A stretch of DNA of 63,856 nucleotides, filler included. It is 6 parts of 6 records of this genome, joined end to end, with 100 filler letters (N's around TTAATTAATTAA, not from the genome) between each part and the next. Parts side by side here need not be neighbours in the genome. Positions count along the whole stretch, not along the records: positions 46,405 to 56,365 come from SRR31147125_32343; positions 56,466 to 63,856 come from SRR31147125_32348; 4 more parts are not named here. One strand, 5' to 3'. Made by a program: the position numbers and the translations under genes. How positions within the stretch are numbered: the stretch's first letter is position 1; each line of letters starts with the position of its first letter. Below, in pieces: positions 50,344 through 61,000 of the stretch. Under the pieces are notes generated by a model. That model made no database searches and had not been told where the DNA came from. It was given only the letters and a program-made list of their open reading frames with translations.

Positions 50344-51054
50344 ACTCTTCTCCTAAATAGGCTTTGATTACGTTTTCATTGCATGCAATTTCATCGGGGG
50401 TGCCTTCGGCGATTTTTTTACCGAATTGGATGACTACGATCCGGTCGGACAGGGCCATGATGGCGCGCATGATATGTTCGATGATGAACACGGTAACGCC
50501 GGATTCCCTGAGTTGCCGGATAATCTCCACCATTTCGTCCACTTCGCCGGGACGAAGGCCCGCCATGACTTCATCCAGCAACAACAGCTTCGGTTCCGTT
50601 GCCAGGGCCTTGGCGATTTCCAATCGTTTTCGATCCGCAATGGTCAGGGCACCGGATTTCATATCCTTTTTATCTTCAAAATTGAGCGCCTTCAGAGCGT
50701 CCAATGCTTTTGCCTCAGCTTCCGCACGTTTATCCGTCACGGCAAATGCACCGACGGTGACATTGTAAAGCACACTTTTCGAGGCAAAGGGCTTTACGAT
50801 CTGAAAGGTTCGCGCCAGGCCTTGTTTACAAAGATCCCACGGTTTTTCCGATGCGTGTTCTCTCCGTCAAACCGGATGGTTCCCTCGGTGGGCGGATGGA
50901 CACCGGCAATGCAGTTGAATGCGGTGGATTTTCCGGCGCCATTGGGGCCGATGAGTCCCAGAATTTCTCCCTTGTCGATGGTCAGATTCAGGTGATCAAC
51001 GGCAGTGAGTCCGCCGAATCGCATCACCATGTTTTCCACTTCCAGCATGCTCAT
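50330..51054 (-). CDS. livG: Branched-chain amino acid ABC transporter ATP-binding protein, split by one frameshift
   Basis: GPNGAGKST in 50794-51054 and LLLDEVMAGL in 50330-50773; one extra A at 50843-50847 restores RKKPWDLCKQGLARTFQIVKPF. Confidence 0.9.
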
Positions 51055-52220
51055 TTTGCCACCTCCCGGGTTTCTAAGGGGCCATGCCCTTTGTTTACAT
51101 CGTCGACGGTTTCATTTTTTTCGGTGTTACTTTCGGATGATGCATTCATTTGTTCATCGTCACTCATGCCGATTCGACGTTTGACCAGTTTGTCCACAAA
51201 CCGGTCGTACATGCGAGTCAACGGTTCCTGAATGCCCCTGGGTTGATAGATCATCACCAGAATCAATACCACGCCGAAGATGACCAGATGAAGACCCGGA
51301 AAGACATCGCCGAAATAGATTCGTGAAAAGTCGCTCACCGGTCGAAGAAGCATGGCGCCCAGAATCGGGCCTGCAATGGATCCCCGGCCGCCGATGAGTG
51401 CGATAAAGGCGATTTCAAAAGAGAGATCAAGGGAGATGATGCTTTTGGGATGAATGAATAGAGAAAATTGGGCATAAAACGTACCTGCAATGGCCGTCAG
51501 AAACGAACTCATGGCCATGGCGATGAGTTTGGCACGGGCTACATTGACCCCCAGTGCCATGGCGGCTTCCGGCTCTTCTCCGCCGGCATTGAGATAATAT
51601 CCGAGTTTGGAGCGGGAAATGCCGTATGTGAGGGCCAATACCGCCAGAAGCAAGACCAGGATGATGTAATAGTAGGGTTCTTTTCCCTCGAACATGAAAT
51701 TGACCAGCCCGGTATCCAACGGGGGAATCTGAAGCCCTCGGGGGCCGTTGAGATTGAACGGGCCGAGATAGTCGATATTTTCCACCATGACCCGAATTCC
51801 TTCGGCAAATGCAATGGTGGCAAGGGCGAAATAGGCCCCCCGCATCTTGAAGGTGGGAAGACCGATGAAAATTCCGATCAGCATGGCCAGAACGCCGCCC
51901 GCAATCATTCCGACCCACGGAGAGATGCCGTATTGGAGATAAAGAATGGTGGATGTGTATGCGCCGACGCCGATGAATACCGAATGACCCAGGGGCAACA
52001 CCCCGGCAAATCCGCCCACCATGTTCCAGCTGGTGGTGAGATAGGCATAGAAGAATATCAGGATGACCATGTGGAGGTAGGTGGGGCTTCGCATGATCAA
52101 GGGCAGACCGAATGCGATGACAAGCACCGCCCCCATCAGGTACTTTTCAATCTTTTTTCGCGTGTCGGCATAGAGAGAGCCGATTGAATCGGGGTGACCC
52201 GTATTGGTGTTACCAGTCAT
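51051..52220 (-). CDS. livM: Branched-chain amino acid ABC transporter permease
   Basis: WNMVGGFAG..PLGH..F.GVGAY, RGAYFALATIAF, GGRGSI.GP. Confidence 0.9.
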   Translation of the reverse strand: MTGNTNTGHPDSIGSLYADTRKKIEKYLMGAVLVIAFGLPLIMRSPTYLHMVILIFFYAYLTTSWNMVGGFAGVLPLGHSVFIGVGAYTSTILYLQYGISPWVGMIAGGVLAMLIGIFIGLPTFKMRGAYFALATIAFAEGIRVMVENIDYLGPFNLNGPRGLQIPPLDTGLVNFMFEGKEPYYYIILVLLLAVLALTYGISRSKLGYYLNAGGEEPEAAMALGVNVARAKLIAMAMSSFLTAIAGTFYAQFSLFIHPKSIISLDLSFEIAFIALIGGRGSIAGPILGAMLLRPVSDFSRIYFGDVFPGLHLVIFGVVLILVMIYQPRGIQEPLTRMYDRFVDKLVKRRIGMSDDEQMNASSESNTEKNETVDDVNKGHGPLETREVAK

Positions 52221-53097
52221 ATTTCACTCCAAACAATCCTGAGGGTTTGACGAAAAGGACGAGAAGAAAAAGCCCGTAAACGATGGCCTCGGTCCAGGTG
52301 GCGGTCATGAACTGGGGACCCACCGATTCGATAAGCCCGATGATGATTCCTCCCACAATGGCTCCGCCGATGCTTCCAAGCCCGCCCAGAACCACGATGA
52401 TGAACCCTTTGATGTCAAACAGAACCCCCACTGTGGGAAAGGTGTTGTAAAAGGGAATCAGGGTAACCGCGGCAATACCGGCGACGGCGGTTCCGATGCC
52501 GAATGCGATGTTGTAGATTTTATATTGGTCAATACCGCAAAGACTGGCCGCATCCCTGTCGAGACTTGTGGCGCGGATGGCCCGGCCCATTCGGGTTTTT
52601 TGAAAAAACCAGTAGACAGAGACCGCCGTGATGATGGCTGTGATAAATCCCCACATTTTGGGAACGGAGATGAGCATGTCACCCAACTCGAGCATTTTCC
52701 CTTGCAGGGGGTTGTTCTCTATGGCGCGATATTGCGGCCCGAAAATGAGAAGGGTGATGTTGTCCAAGATGTACCACACCCCGGTGGTAACGATGATGAC
52801 GGTTACCGGTTCCCGGACATCTTTTTCGGCTTTGAAAATCGGTTTTATGATGATGTCCTGTAGATAATATCCGAACAGGTACATGGAGGGAATCACGACG
52901 ATGAGTGAGAGATAGGGGTGAACCCCGGAAAGCGTAACGGCCCAGTAGGCGATGTACATGCCCACCATGAGCAATGAACCGTGGGCGAAATTGATCACCT
53001 TGAGCACGCCGAAGATGATGGTCAGTCCCAGGGCGGTCAATCCGTAGATGGACCCCATGAGAATGCCGTTGATGGTGTCTTCCAAGATGTAAATCAT
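52210..53097 (-). CDS. livH: Branched-chain amino acid ABC transporter permease
   Basis: GSIYGL.ALGLTIIFGV..VINFAHG, GRAIRA, VVLGGLGS. Confidence 0.92.
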   Translation of the reverse strand: MIYILEDTINGILMGSIYGLTALGLTIIFGVLKVINFAHGSLLMVGMYIAYWAVTLSGVHPYLSLIVVIPSMYLFGYYLQDIIIKPIFKAEKDVREPVTVIIVTTGVWYILDNITLLIFGPQYRAIENNPLQGKMLELGDMLISVPKMWGFITAIITAVSVYWFFQKTRMGRAIRATSLDRDAASLCGIDQYKIYNIAFGIGTAVAGIAAVTLIPFYNTFPTVGVLFDIKGFIIVVLGGLGSIGGAIVGGIIIGLIESVGPQFMTATWTEAIVYGLFLLVLFVKPSGLFGVKYDW

Positions 53098-53185
53098 GCA
53101 GGCCTCCAGACTGGCAGTAGCAGGATGAAAAATAGGTTAAAAAGGGCAGGGTGAAACATGGGAACAATCTCCCCCCCGGGCCCCC

Positions 53186-53285
53186 CAATGCTGTTGACTT
53201 CGACTTGCCAAGTAAGTCAAAGAAGGAAAATACTTAATGATTACAGGGCAGAGTTGAATATAAAATCCTTAAGTCAACAACATTG
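53186..53285. mobile_element. 100-bp non-autonomous element (MITE) with terminal inverted repeats and 11-bp target duplication
   Basis: Left end CAATGCTGTTGACTT, right end AAGTCAACAACATTG (14/15 match); flanked on both sides by CCCGGGCCCCC (53175-53185, 53286-53296). Confidence 0.75.
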
Positions 53286-53292
53286 CCCGGGC

Positions 53293-53316
53293 CCCCTCTC
53301 CATGAATGGAGAGGGG
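53293..53316. repeat. REP-like GC-rich palindrome
   Basis: CCCCTCTCCA-TGAA-TGGAGAGGGG, 10-bp perfect stem. Confidence 0.55.
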
Positions 53317-53426
53317 AAGAAGAGTGTGAATCAGGTATGGTAAAAATCGACTCATTGTAATTTACAGGCGTTGGGTCAAATTTCGGCCCTCTTTCGTAGA
53401 AGACCCTTAAGAAAGGGACCAACAGA

Positions 53427-53454
53427 AGGGATCCCAATATTAAGGGGGATCCCT
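53427..53454 (-). terminator. Stem-loop downstream of the substrate-binding protein gene
   Basis: AGGGATCCC-N10-GGGATCCCT, about 40 nt past the stop. Confidence 0.5.
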
Positions 53455-53493
53455 CTTGATCGGTCGATGTTGAGACCATCCTGATTGCGGTCT

Positions 53494-54771
53494 TTACGGT
53501 CTCGGGAAAACCGGCGTATACCCGGAACGACGGGCGGACTTCGGCCACACGGAGATTCTTTCCAGTCCGTTTCCGGTATCGTTGATCTGTACCATGACGA
53601 GAGAGGCGTATTTGTTCTGGCCTTTTTCGTTGAACTCCACCTTGTCGTACCCCACGATCATTCCCGGCCCGTCACTCAGCTGAGTCTCAGCCAATGCTTT
53701 TCGGATTTCGGCAGGATCCAGACTGGCGGCCCGCTCCAGAGCATCTTTGATGATATACATGGCAAGATATGCGTCGACGGCTTCGCCGGTCAGGTTGGTA
53801 CCGTAAGTTTTTTTGTATTTTTCGTTGGCCTCCTTAGCACCGGATTTGTTGACGTCCGTTTCCCACTCGACAATATCGAAGATGTACTGTGCATTTTTAC
53901 CCGTGGCTTTGATAAAAGAGGGGTCGGCATGTCCACCGCCGGAAGAGACGATGGCTTTCAATTTTACCCGATACTCCGCCAGAGTGCTGGTGATGAGAAT
54001 GGCATCGGCGGCATTGGAAACCAGCATCAATACATCGGGTTTGGCTCGTCGCACTTTCTGAACCACGGGGCTGAGGTCGGTGGCTGTGGAAGGGTAGGGT
54101 TCGTTGAGAACCACTTTGTATCCCGCTTCTTCGGCCAGCTTCACCCAATTGGCGGCAATGCCCTGTCCCCAATCGCCGTTTTCATAAACAAACGCCAGCT
54201 TTTTGATCTCTGTCTTGAATTCCGCTTCCATATCTTTTAGGAAGGCAAATTGATCTCTGGTCCACCAGGAATCTTTGGCGGCAATACGGAAGACGTTTTT
54301 AAACCCTTGCTCTGTAATTTTGTCGGCAACGGAGACCGGTACCAAAAAGGGAATGCCGTACCGTTCGGCAACCGCAGTGGTGGGATAGGTGACCGAAGAG
54401 TTCCAACATCCGGTCAGCATGTTGACTTTTTCCGTATTGATGAGACGCTCGGCTTCCGCCACCCCTTTTTCCGGTTTGGATTCGGAATCTGCATAGATGA
54501 GTTCCAACTTGGCGCCGCCGAGGGCTTTGATACCGCCGGCTGCGTTGATTTCGGCAACCGCCATCTCTCTTGCGTTTTTACCTTGGGCACCCACTGTGGC
54601 GGAGGGGCCGGAAAGGGGGATGATATTTCCGATTTTCACCACTTGATCTGATGAAAATGCACTGGGGATACCCCCCAACACGGCAATGCATAAACTAAGA
54701 GCTACGGTCAAGAATCCGGTTCTCAATACAGTCAATTTACTCTTTTTCTGAGTCATGAAGCTTTTCTCCAT
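53494..54771 (-). CDS. Branched-chain amino acid-type ABC transporter substrate-binding protein (LivK/LivJ family)
   Basis: Signal peptide; VKIG.I.PLSG..A..G, EINAAGGIKALGGAKLEL..AD, AERLI; first gene of the liv operon. Confidence 0.88.
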   Translation of the reverse strand: MEKSFMTQKKSKLTVLRTGFLTVALSLCIAVLGGIPSAFSSDQVVKIGNIIPLSGPSATVGAQGKNAREMAVAEINAAGGIKALGGAKLELIYADSESKPEKGVAEAERLINTEKVNMLTGCWNSSVTYPTTAVAERYGIPFLVPVSVADKITEQGFKNVFRIAAKDSWWTRDQFAFLKDMEAEFKTEIKKLAFVYENGDWGQGIAANWVKLAEEAGYKVVLNEPYPSTATDLSPVVQKVRRAKPDVLMLVSNAADAILITSTLAEYRVKLKAIVSSGGGHADPSFIKATGKNAQYIFDIVEWETDVNKSGAKEANEKYKKTYGTNLTGEAVDAYLAMYIIKDALERAASLDPAEIRKALAETQLSDGPGMIVGYDKVEFNEKGQNKYASLVMVQINDTGNGLERISVWPKSARRSGYTPVFPRP

Positions 54772-54810
54772 TGTAAAAAGGTTATTGCGGCATTCATTGT
54801 GCTTGTTTCA

Positions 54811-54858
54811 AACTGATCGTTCAAACTGAATGAACTGACAAACTGAATGAACTGAATG
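54811..54858. repeat. Five short AACTGA(ATG) direct repeats in the liv leader
   Basis: AACTGA at 54811, 54824, 54833, 54841, 54850. Confidence 0.7.
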
Positions 54859-54890
54859 ACTATCAACCGGCCGGGTTGTACGATTAAGTT

Positions 54891-54905
54891 GCAATGGTGA
54901 TGCCA
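54891..54905 (-). promoter_or_regulatory. sigma54 (-24/-12) promoter of the liv operon
   Basis: Minus strand TGGCAT-CACCA-TTGC(A). Confidence 0.8.
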
Positions 54906-55050
54906 GAAACAAATAAAATTTCAAAATTGTAGAATTTCTTATGAAATATGGCTGTAATTCAATAGTCAACTTTCGCATATTTCGGGGGGGGCATCTTTGA
55001 CCTCCCTTTTTTATATATATCTTTGGATGATTGATTGCTTATTACTCAGA

Positions 55051-55085
55051 GTCAATCTATATTGATTGGGTCAATATTTATTGAC
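55051..55085. promoter_or_regulatory. Tandem palindromes GTCAAT-N4-ATTGA(T/C), putative enhancer-binding-protein UAS
   Basis: GTCAATCTATATTGAT (55051) and GTCAATATTTATTGAC (55070), 19 bp apart, about 150 bp upstream of the sigma54 motif. Confidence 0.6.
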
Positions 55086-55157
55086 TTTTGAAGTCCACCA
55101 AAGTTGACCGTGTTGGATGATGTAAGGGGAGCATGTCAAGCTCCCATGGGAGGGAAC

Positions 55158-56365
55158 GTGAATCTTATAAACCGTTTTGCCGAGAGCATTATGACGCGTA
55201 AATATCAATATTTTTTGATATTCTCACTATTTGTCATCATTCTGATCCTGTTTGTATTGACCCACAACAGCACCCGAATCATTACGGAAAGAACCGTAGA
55301 ACGTCATCAACAGAACATTGCGTCGGAAACGGCAAAAACCGTGGAGCTTTGGCTCAAGCAGCATATGACCATTGTCGATGCCTTTGCCGTTGCATTGGGA
55401 AAGATTCATGTGCATGAAAACCCTGAAACCCTTCGGCTGTTGAAGACCGCGATCCGTGCCGGGAATTTTTCAGATGTGTATGTGGGACTGACCGACGGGG
55501 TTCTCATCGACGGCAGCGGATGGGTGCCGCCGCTGGAATACGATCCCAGAGTTCGACCGTGGTATACAAAAGCGATCGATGCCGGGGAAATCTCTTTTAC
55601 CAATCCATATATTGATCTTACCACGATGAAGATGGTCATTGCCATCACCCGTCCGTTATATATGGACAATCGATTTATCGGGGTACTCAGCTCGGACATT
55701 GTTCTGGATGTGCTTAAAAAAAGTGTTATGAACGCCAGCATCGGCCGTTCGGGATTTTCGTTTCTCATCGATCAGCACGGCACCATCCTGGTTCACCCCG
55801 ATGGCGATCTGGAGATGAATACGAAATTTCAGGATCTCAATCCGTCGCTTTACAATATCTTGAACTATTTTGAAAAGAATCCCAACGGATCGTATCAGTA
55901 TATTGAGAATGACCGAGAGATGATTCTTTCCTACCAAAAGCTTTCCAATAACTCCCAATGGTATCTTTGCACTACGGTCCAAAAAACAGAAGCGTACTCT
56001 TTGGCCAAAAATACCGCCATGCTTTTTGCCATGGAGGTGGTGTTCAAAATTTTGGGGGTTTTGGGATTGCTCACCCTGTTGGCGGTGGGGGGAAGCGTGT
56101 TTGTGGTTATTGTGATTAATCGTCACTTTAAAACCGTAGTGAACAGACAGGAAGAGATGCTGTCCGGTAAAGAGGCGGATCTCAAAGGGGAGATCAGTCG
56201 ACGAAAGGAGATTGAAACCCGATATCAAACCATTTTCAATGTGGCGACCAATGGCATTTTACTGAGTCGAGACGGGCATTTTGTCGAGTGCAACCGCAAA
56301 GCTGCAGAGATGTTTGATCTGGACGTCGAAACGGTGCTGGGCAAAAACATGCTGACCCTCTCCCC
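55158..56365 (+). CDS. dCache + PAS membrane sensor protein, 3'-truncated
   Basis: TM, YDPRVRPWY..A.......FT.PYID Cache motif, second TM, RYQTIF......I......FVECN.KA.EMF PAS start; GGAGG RBS before GTG 55158. Confidence 0.82.
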
Positions 56366-56465
56366 NNNNNNNNNNNNNNNNNNNNNNNNNNNNNNNNNNN
56401 NNNNNNNNNTTAATTAATTAANNNNNNNNNNNNNNNNNNNNNNNNNNNNNNNNNNNNNNNNNNNN
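56366..56465. other. Artificial contig spacer
   Basis: 44 N + TTAATTAATTAA + 44 N. Confidence 0.99.
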
Positions 56466-56590
56466 TTTTTTGAGCCTTTTCGATAATCAGTCCAGGCCAT
56501 TGATATAACAACATTTATAAGAGAACTGTCAATAGCAACAAGATCACCCACATGTTCAAATTGCTTCGAAATGGTGCTTGCAGCCTGGAT
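56466..56590 (-). mobile_element. IS4-family transposase remnant
   Basis: Manual translation IQAASTISKQFEHVGDLVAIDSSLINVVISMAWTDYRKGSK matches the IS4 first-Asp region (LVAIDGS...W..YR...K); preceded by an in-frame stop. Confidence 0.65.
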
Positions 56591-56699
56591 TTAAACCGGA
56601 CGTTACTGTTTTCGGGTAATTATAAAGATGAAAATGAATTGATACAAATTTTGAGAAATAAATGTCACGAGTTAGTACCCAGTTAATCCTGTTTTGTTG

Positions 56700-57207
56700 A
56701 ATAGGAGGTATCCCAGGGGACTCTTCCTCGACTATATTATATATTTGAAATAAAAGTTCAAGTATCTGATCATTATAGCCAACATGTAATACATCCTTTG
56801 CAGGATGAATAAATTGTTTTTCTAAAAAATGGTGAGCAAAAATCCTGTTGAATCCAATATAAAATTCATCCCAACCAGTTTTTATAGCTGGTTTGTATCT
56901 ATGCCACACATCGGGAAAGAGAAATATGATATCACCAGCGATAATTTTTCGCTTTTGGTTTTCTGTTTCAAATATCCCTGTACCTTGAGTTATATAGACT
57001 AATGTAAAATCGTTGAGACGGCGTCCCTTTTCCCATACAAAATCGTATCCTTTAGGATGGCCTTTTGGTGGATAGGGAGTATGAGGTGGGATTTTTGGAT
57101 ATCCTGCAACAGTAAGGTAAAATCCCCAGTTAGGATCTTTCTGGTTTAAAATAGGATATTCAGAAAGTATATTATTTGTCGAGGATTTATATTGAATTAT
57201 TTCTCAT
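56700..57207 (-). pseudogene. AraC-family regulator, N-terminal ligand domain only
   Basis: D.NWGFYLTVAGY..IPP.TPYP..GHP.GY.F.WEKGR.L.....VYITQG.G.FE...FLFP.VWHRYKP...TGWDEFYIGF; no in-frame ATG and no HTH. Confidence 0.7.
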
Positions 57208-58042
57208 TATCTTTTCTACATTTCCTGTCTTTTCACACACAAGTAGACCTTTCAGTACTTATCCCTTTTAATAGGAATTAATTAAAAAATGGCTTTGTTA
57301 AGGTATTGTGTAAAATAATATTGTATGTAAAGAAATTCAAATTATCAAAAATAATTTTTTGTGGCTAACTTTAAGTTTATTGCCAATAAAAAAACAAATC
57401 TAAAAATAGCATATCAAAAAATACATATAATTTTATCAGTCTATAAAGCATGAAAATTGACAACAGAACTAATCGAATCATATACTTACAGTCTTACTAT
57501 CTTTCTTACATCTCGTTCAAAGTCTAATATTATTTCACCACACTCCACTTTAGAAAACATAATTCCTCGCTAGTAGTAAATTTGTTAGTGCAATATTTCA
57601 AAGCAATTTGGAATTAGTATAAATATAATTTACGAAATCCATTAAGTGAAAATATTTTATATAACATTAATCCTCATATTTCTAAAAGTAAAATATTATT
57701 GGCTTTCAAACAGAAAAAGTGACTTTTTCTTTTCCTCATTGTCCAAAGTCTCCCTTCTGTGTGCTGCGCGCAGGAGAGGGCTGTGGTTAAATGTTTGAAT
57801 GGTTAAAATTGAATTATCATCAATAATGAATATCCGCGATCAATATTCTCAAGCAATAGCATTTAAACATATTGCAATATGATTATAAAAATAAATTTTG
57901 AAAGGAGGTGATTATCAAAGACTTTGGTTCTCGAATAAAAATGTTCAGTATACTTAACTTCATTAAGGAGGTGATCACGGCCTGAAAATTGGATGAGTAA
58001 AACTTGAAATTTACCAAAAGTTACAAAAAAAGGAGCAGAGAG

Positions 58043-61000
58043 ATGAAAAAATACAAGTCCCAATTAGGCTTTACGTTCATTTGTCTAATTCTCCTTATTT
58101 TTCAGGGAGATATGTTCGCTGGCACAACGGGCAAAATAGCTGGTACAGTTAAAGATGTGGAAAGTGGAGAACCATTACCAGGTGTCAATATCGTTCTTAC
58201 GGGTACATCGTTGGGAGCTGCAACGGATCTGGAAGGCTACTATTTTATTGTAAATATCCCGCCTGGTTCTTATTCTGTCGCAGCATCTATGATCGGCTAC
58301 GCCGGCGTAACAAAAACGAACGTAAATGTCAGTGTCGATCACACAACTTCAGTGAATTATGATTTGACAACGACGACTATAGCGGGTGAAGAAGTGACTA
58401 TTGTTGCGGAAAGGGAGGTCGTTCAAATGGATATGTCGGCAAGCCAGATTGTTGCGGACGCTGAAAAAATAACTTCAATTCCCGTTGTTACTGATCTTAA
58501 CCAATATATGAATTTAGAAGCAGGTATTGAAAATGATTTAATTCGTGGTGGAGGACTGGATCAGGTCGGCTTTATGATGGATGGATTAATGGTTGTTGAT
58601 AATCGCTCCAATAAACCCTTAATGATGGTAAATCTCAGTTCCGTAAAGGAAGTGAACATTATCAAGGGAGGTTTTAATGCGGAATACGGCAATGTTCGAT
58701 CCGGCCTTATTAATGTTATAACTAAAGAAGGTTCCCCGGCAATGTATAATGGCTCGCTCGATTTTCGCATTAGTCCCGCCCACTACAAACATGAGGGTGC
58801 ATCCCTTTTTGATCATGATAATTATTTTCTTAAACCTTATCTTGATCCCGATGTTATGTGGGTTGGTACACAGAATGGCACCTGGGATGAAGAGACTCAG
58901 CGTCAGTATCCTCAATTTATGGGATGGAACGCCTATTCAGAAAAATTAATATCAGATGATGATCCGACTAATGATATGACTCCTGTACAGGCTCGAGACT
59001 TGTTCCTCTGGCAACATATGGCTGAAGGAAGTGGAGCACTTCAGCAGAAAGAAGGCGAGTACGGAAATAAGCCAGACTGGAATGTCGATGCAAGTTTTAG
59101 CGGTCCAGTCCCATTAGTCGGTAAATATTTAGGTGACCTTAGCTTTTTTGCTTCCTATCGAAATAACTGGGATATGTTTGCCCTGCCTACAAACAGAGAT
59201 TATTATAAGGAGGAGAACACTCATCTCAAGATTACTTCACGACTAACTCCATCTATGAAACTCATGGTAGAGGGTTTGTACGGGGAGGTAAACACAGTTG
59301 CAAGGACTCCCTGGAGTGGTAGAGAGAGTTACCTTACGAATGGAAATGCGATACTTTACAATATTGCAGCTGAGGATGGAACCAAGGGAGCACATCTCTA
59401 TTATCCAAGTGCATTAAGTCCGTTTGATATTTACAGAACCATGCAAGGATTATCGTTTGAGCATGTTTTGAGCCCCAGTACATTTTACACTGTCAAATTA
59501 TCGCATACAAGGGTTAAGAATTTTGCGAATGGATGGGATGTAACTCGCGACACGACTACTGCCAGGTACTTTGGAAATTATGCAGTCGATGAGCAACCAT
59601 GGGGTTACTGGCATGAAGGTGGATCTAAAAGAACAATGGATGGAATGATCTATATTGCAAAGGCTGCCAGAACTCGAGATTGGTCGGAGATCAACACAAT
59701 GAACCTTAAAGTTGACCTGACCAGTCAAATAGACAAGTATAATCAGGTCAAGCTTGGTTTCGTTGTGAACTATGATGATATAGACACAAACTTTGGCTAC
59801 AAAGAGCCGGCTGCCGAGTTTCGTACCTGGTGGCGGATTACGAGGAAATTCCCTGTACGTGCTGGTGGCTATATACAGGATAAACTCGAGTTTGAGGGTA
59901 TGATAGCAAATTTTGGTGTGAGATTAGATTATAATGATCCCAATACTTATTGGTTTACTGTGGATAGATATTCAGATTATTTTAAAAAACAATACAGAGA
60001 TATATTCACTCAAGTCGCACCAACTGAAGAAGCAAAAGGACACTTGAAAATAAGTCCGCGTTTAGGTATCTCTCATCCGATCTCAGAGAATGCCAAATTG
60101 TATTTTAATTATGGTCATTTTTACAGCATGCCAACAAGCGAAAGTATGTACGACATTGATTTTGGCGTCACGGGCGCAACTAGAGGGATTCGCTATATTG
60201 GTAATCCGTCTGCTAACCTGCCAAAAACGGTGGCTTATGAACTGGGTTGGGAATATGATTTGGCAGATATGATACTTTTTCATGTGTCCGGATATTATAA
60301 GGATGTGAGCGATCAAACGAGTAACGTTTACTATACAAATTATGATAACAGTGTGGATTACCGAACGATCGAAAATAAAAACTATGCTGATATAAGAGGC
60401 TTTGAACTAAGAATTGATAAACGCTTTGGACAATGGATCTCCGGATGGCTTAATTACAACTATATGGTTACGACCTCAGGTTACTTCGGACGACAACATT
60501 ATTACCAGGACCCGAGAAAACAAAAAATTTATGGATTGGAAAATCCATACCAGGAGAAGCCTGTAGCCCGCCCGGTAATGAGAGCAAATCTGCTTTTTGG
60601 TACTCCTCAGAACTGGGGGCCAATCTTTGCCGGTTTTAAACCATTGGCCAATGTTCAAGCGAGTATACTCTTCTATTGGAAGGCAGGTCGTTGGATGACG
60701 CATGATCCTCTCTACACAGCTGAATTGCAGCAGAATTTGCAATGGAAAGATAACTATAATTTTGATGCAAGATTAAGTAAACGATTCAGATTGGGGAGAT
60801 ATTCATTTACCTTATTTGCTGATATTATAAATCTGTTCAATACAAAATATTTAAGCAATCTCGCTTTTATCGATGCTGAAGACCAACGCGCCTATTATGC
60901 ATCACTGCATCTGCCTATGTACGAAGGTAAAGAATACCAGGAAGCCGGCTATACGCCTGGGGATGATAAACCTGGAGATCTCAGTAGCGATGGTAAACCC

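Noticed and set aside
49750..54651. Alternative ORFs over the liv operon (e.g. 51468-52187, 53485-54240)
   Set aside because: Shadow ORFs overlapping well-supported genes
56556..56909. 117-aa ORF as an intact gene
   Set aside because: Starts mid-domain of the AraC remnant and runs into unrelated sequence
57965..57977. Match to the complement of the 16S rRNA 3' end
   Set aside because: Only 13 nt, and the flanks are AT-rich and not rRNA-like; no rRNA gene is present
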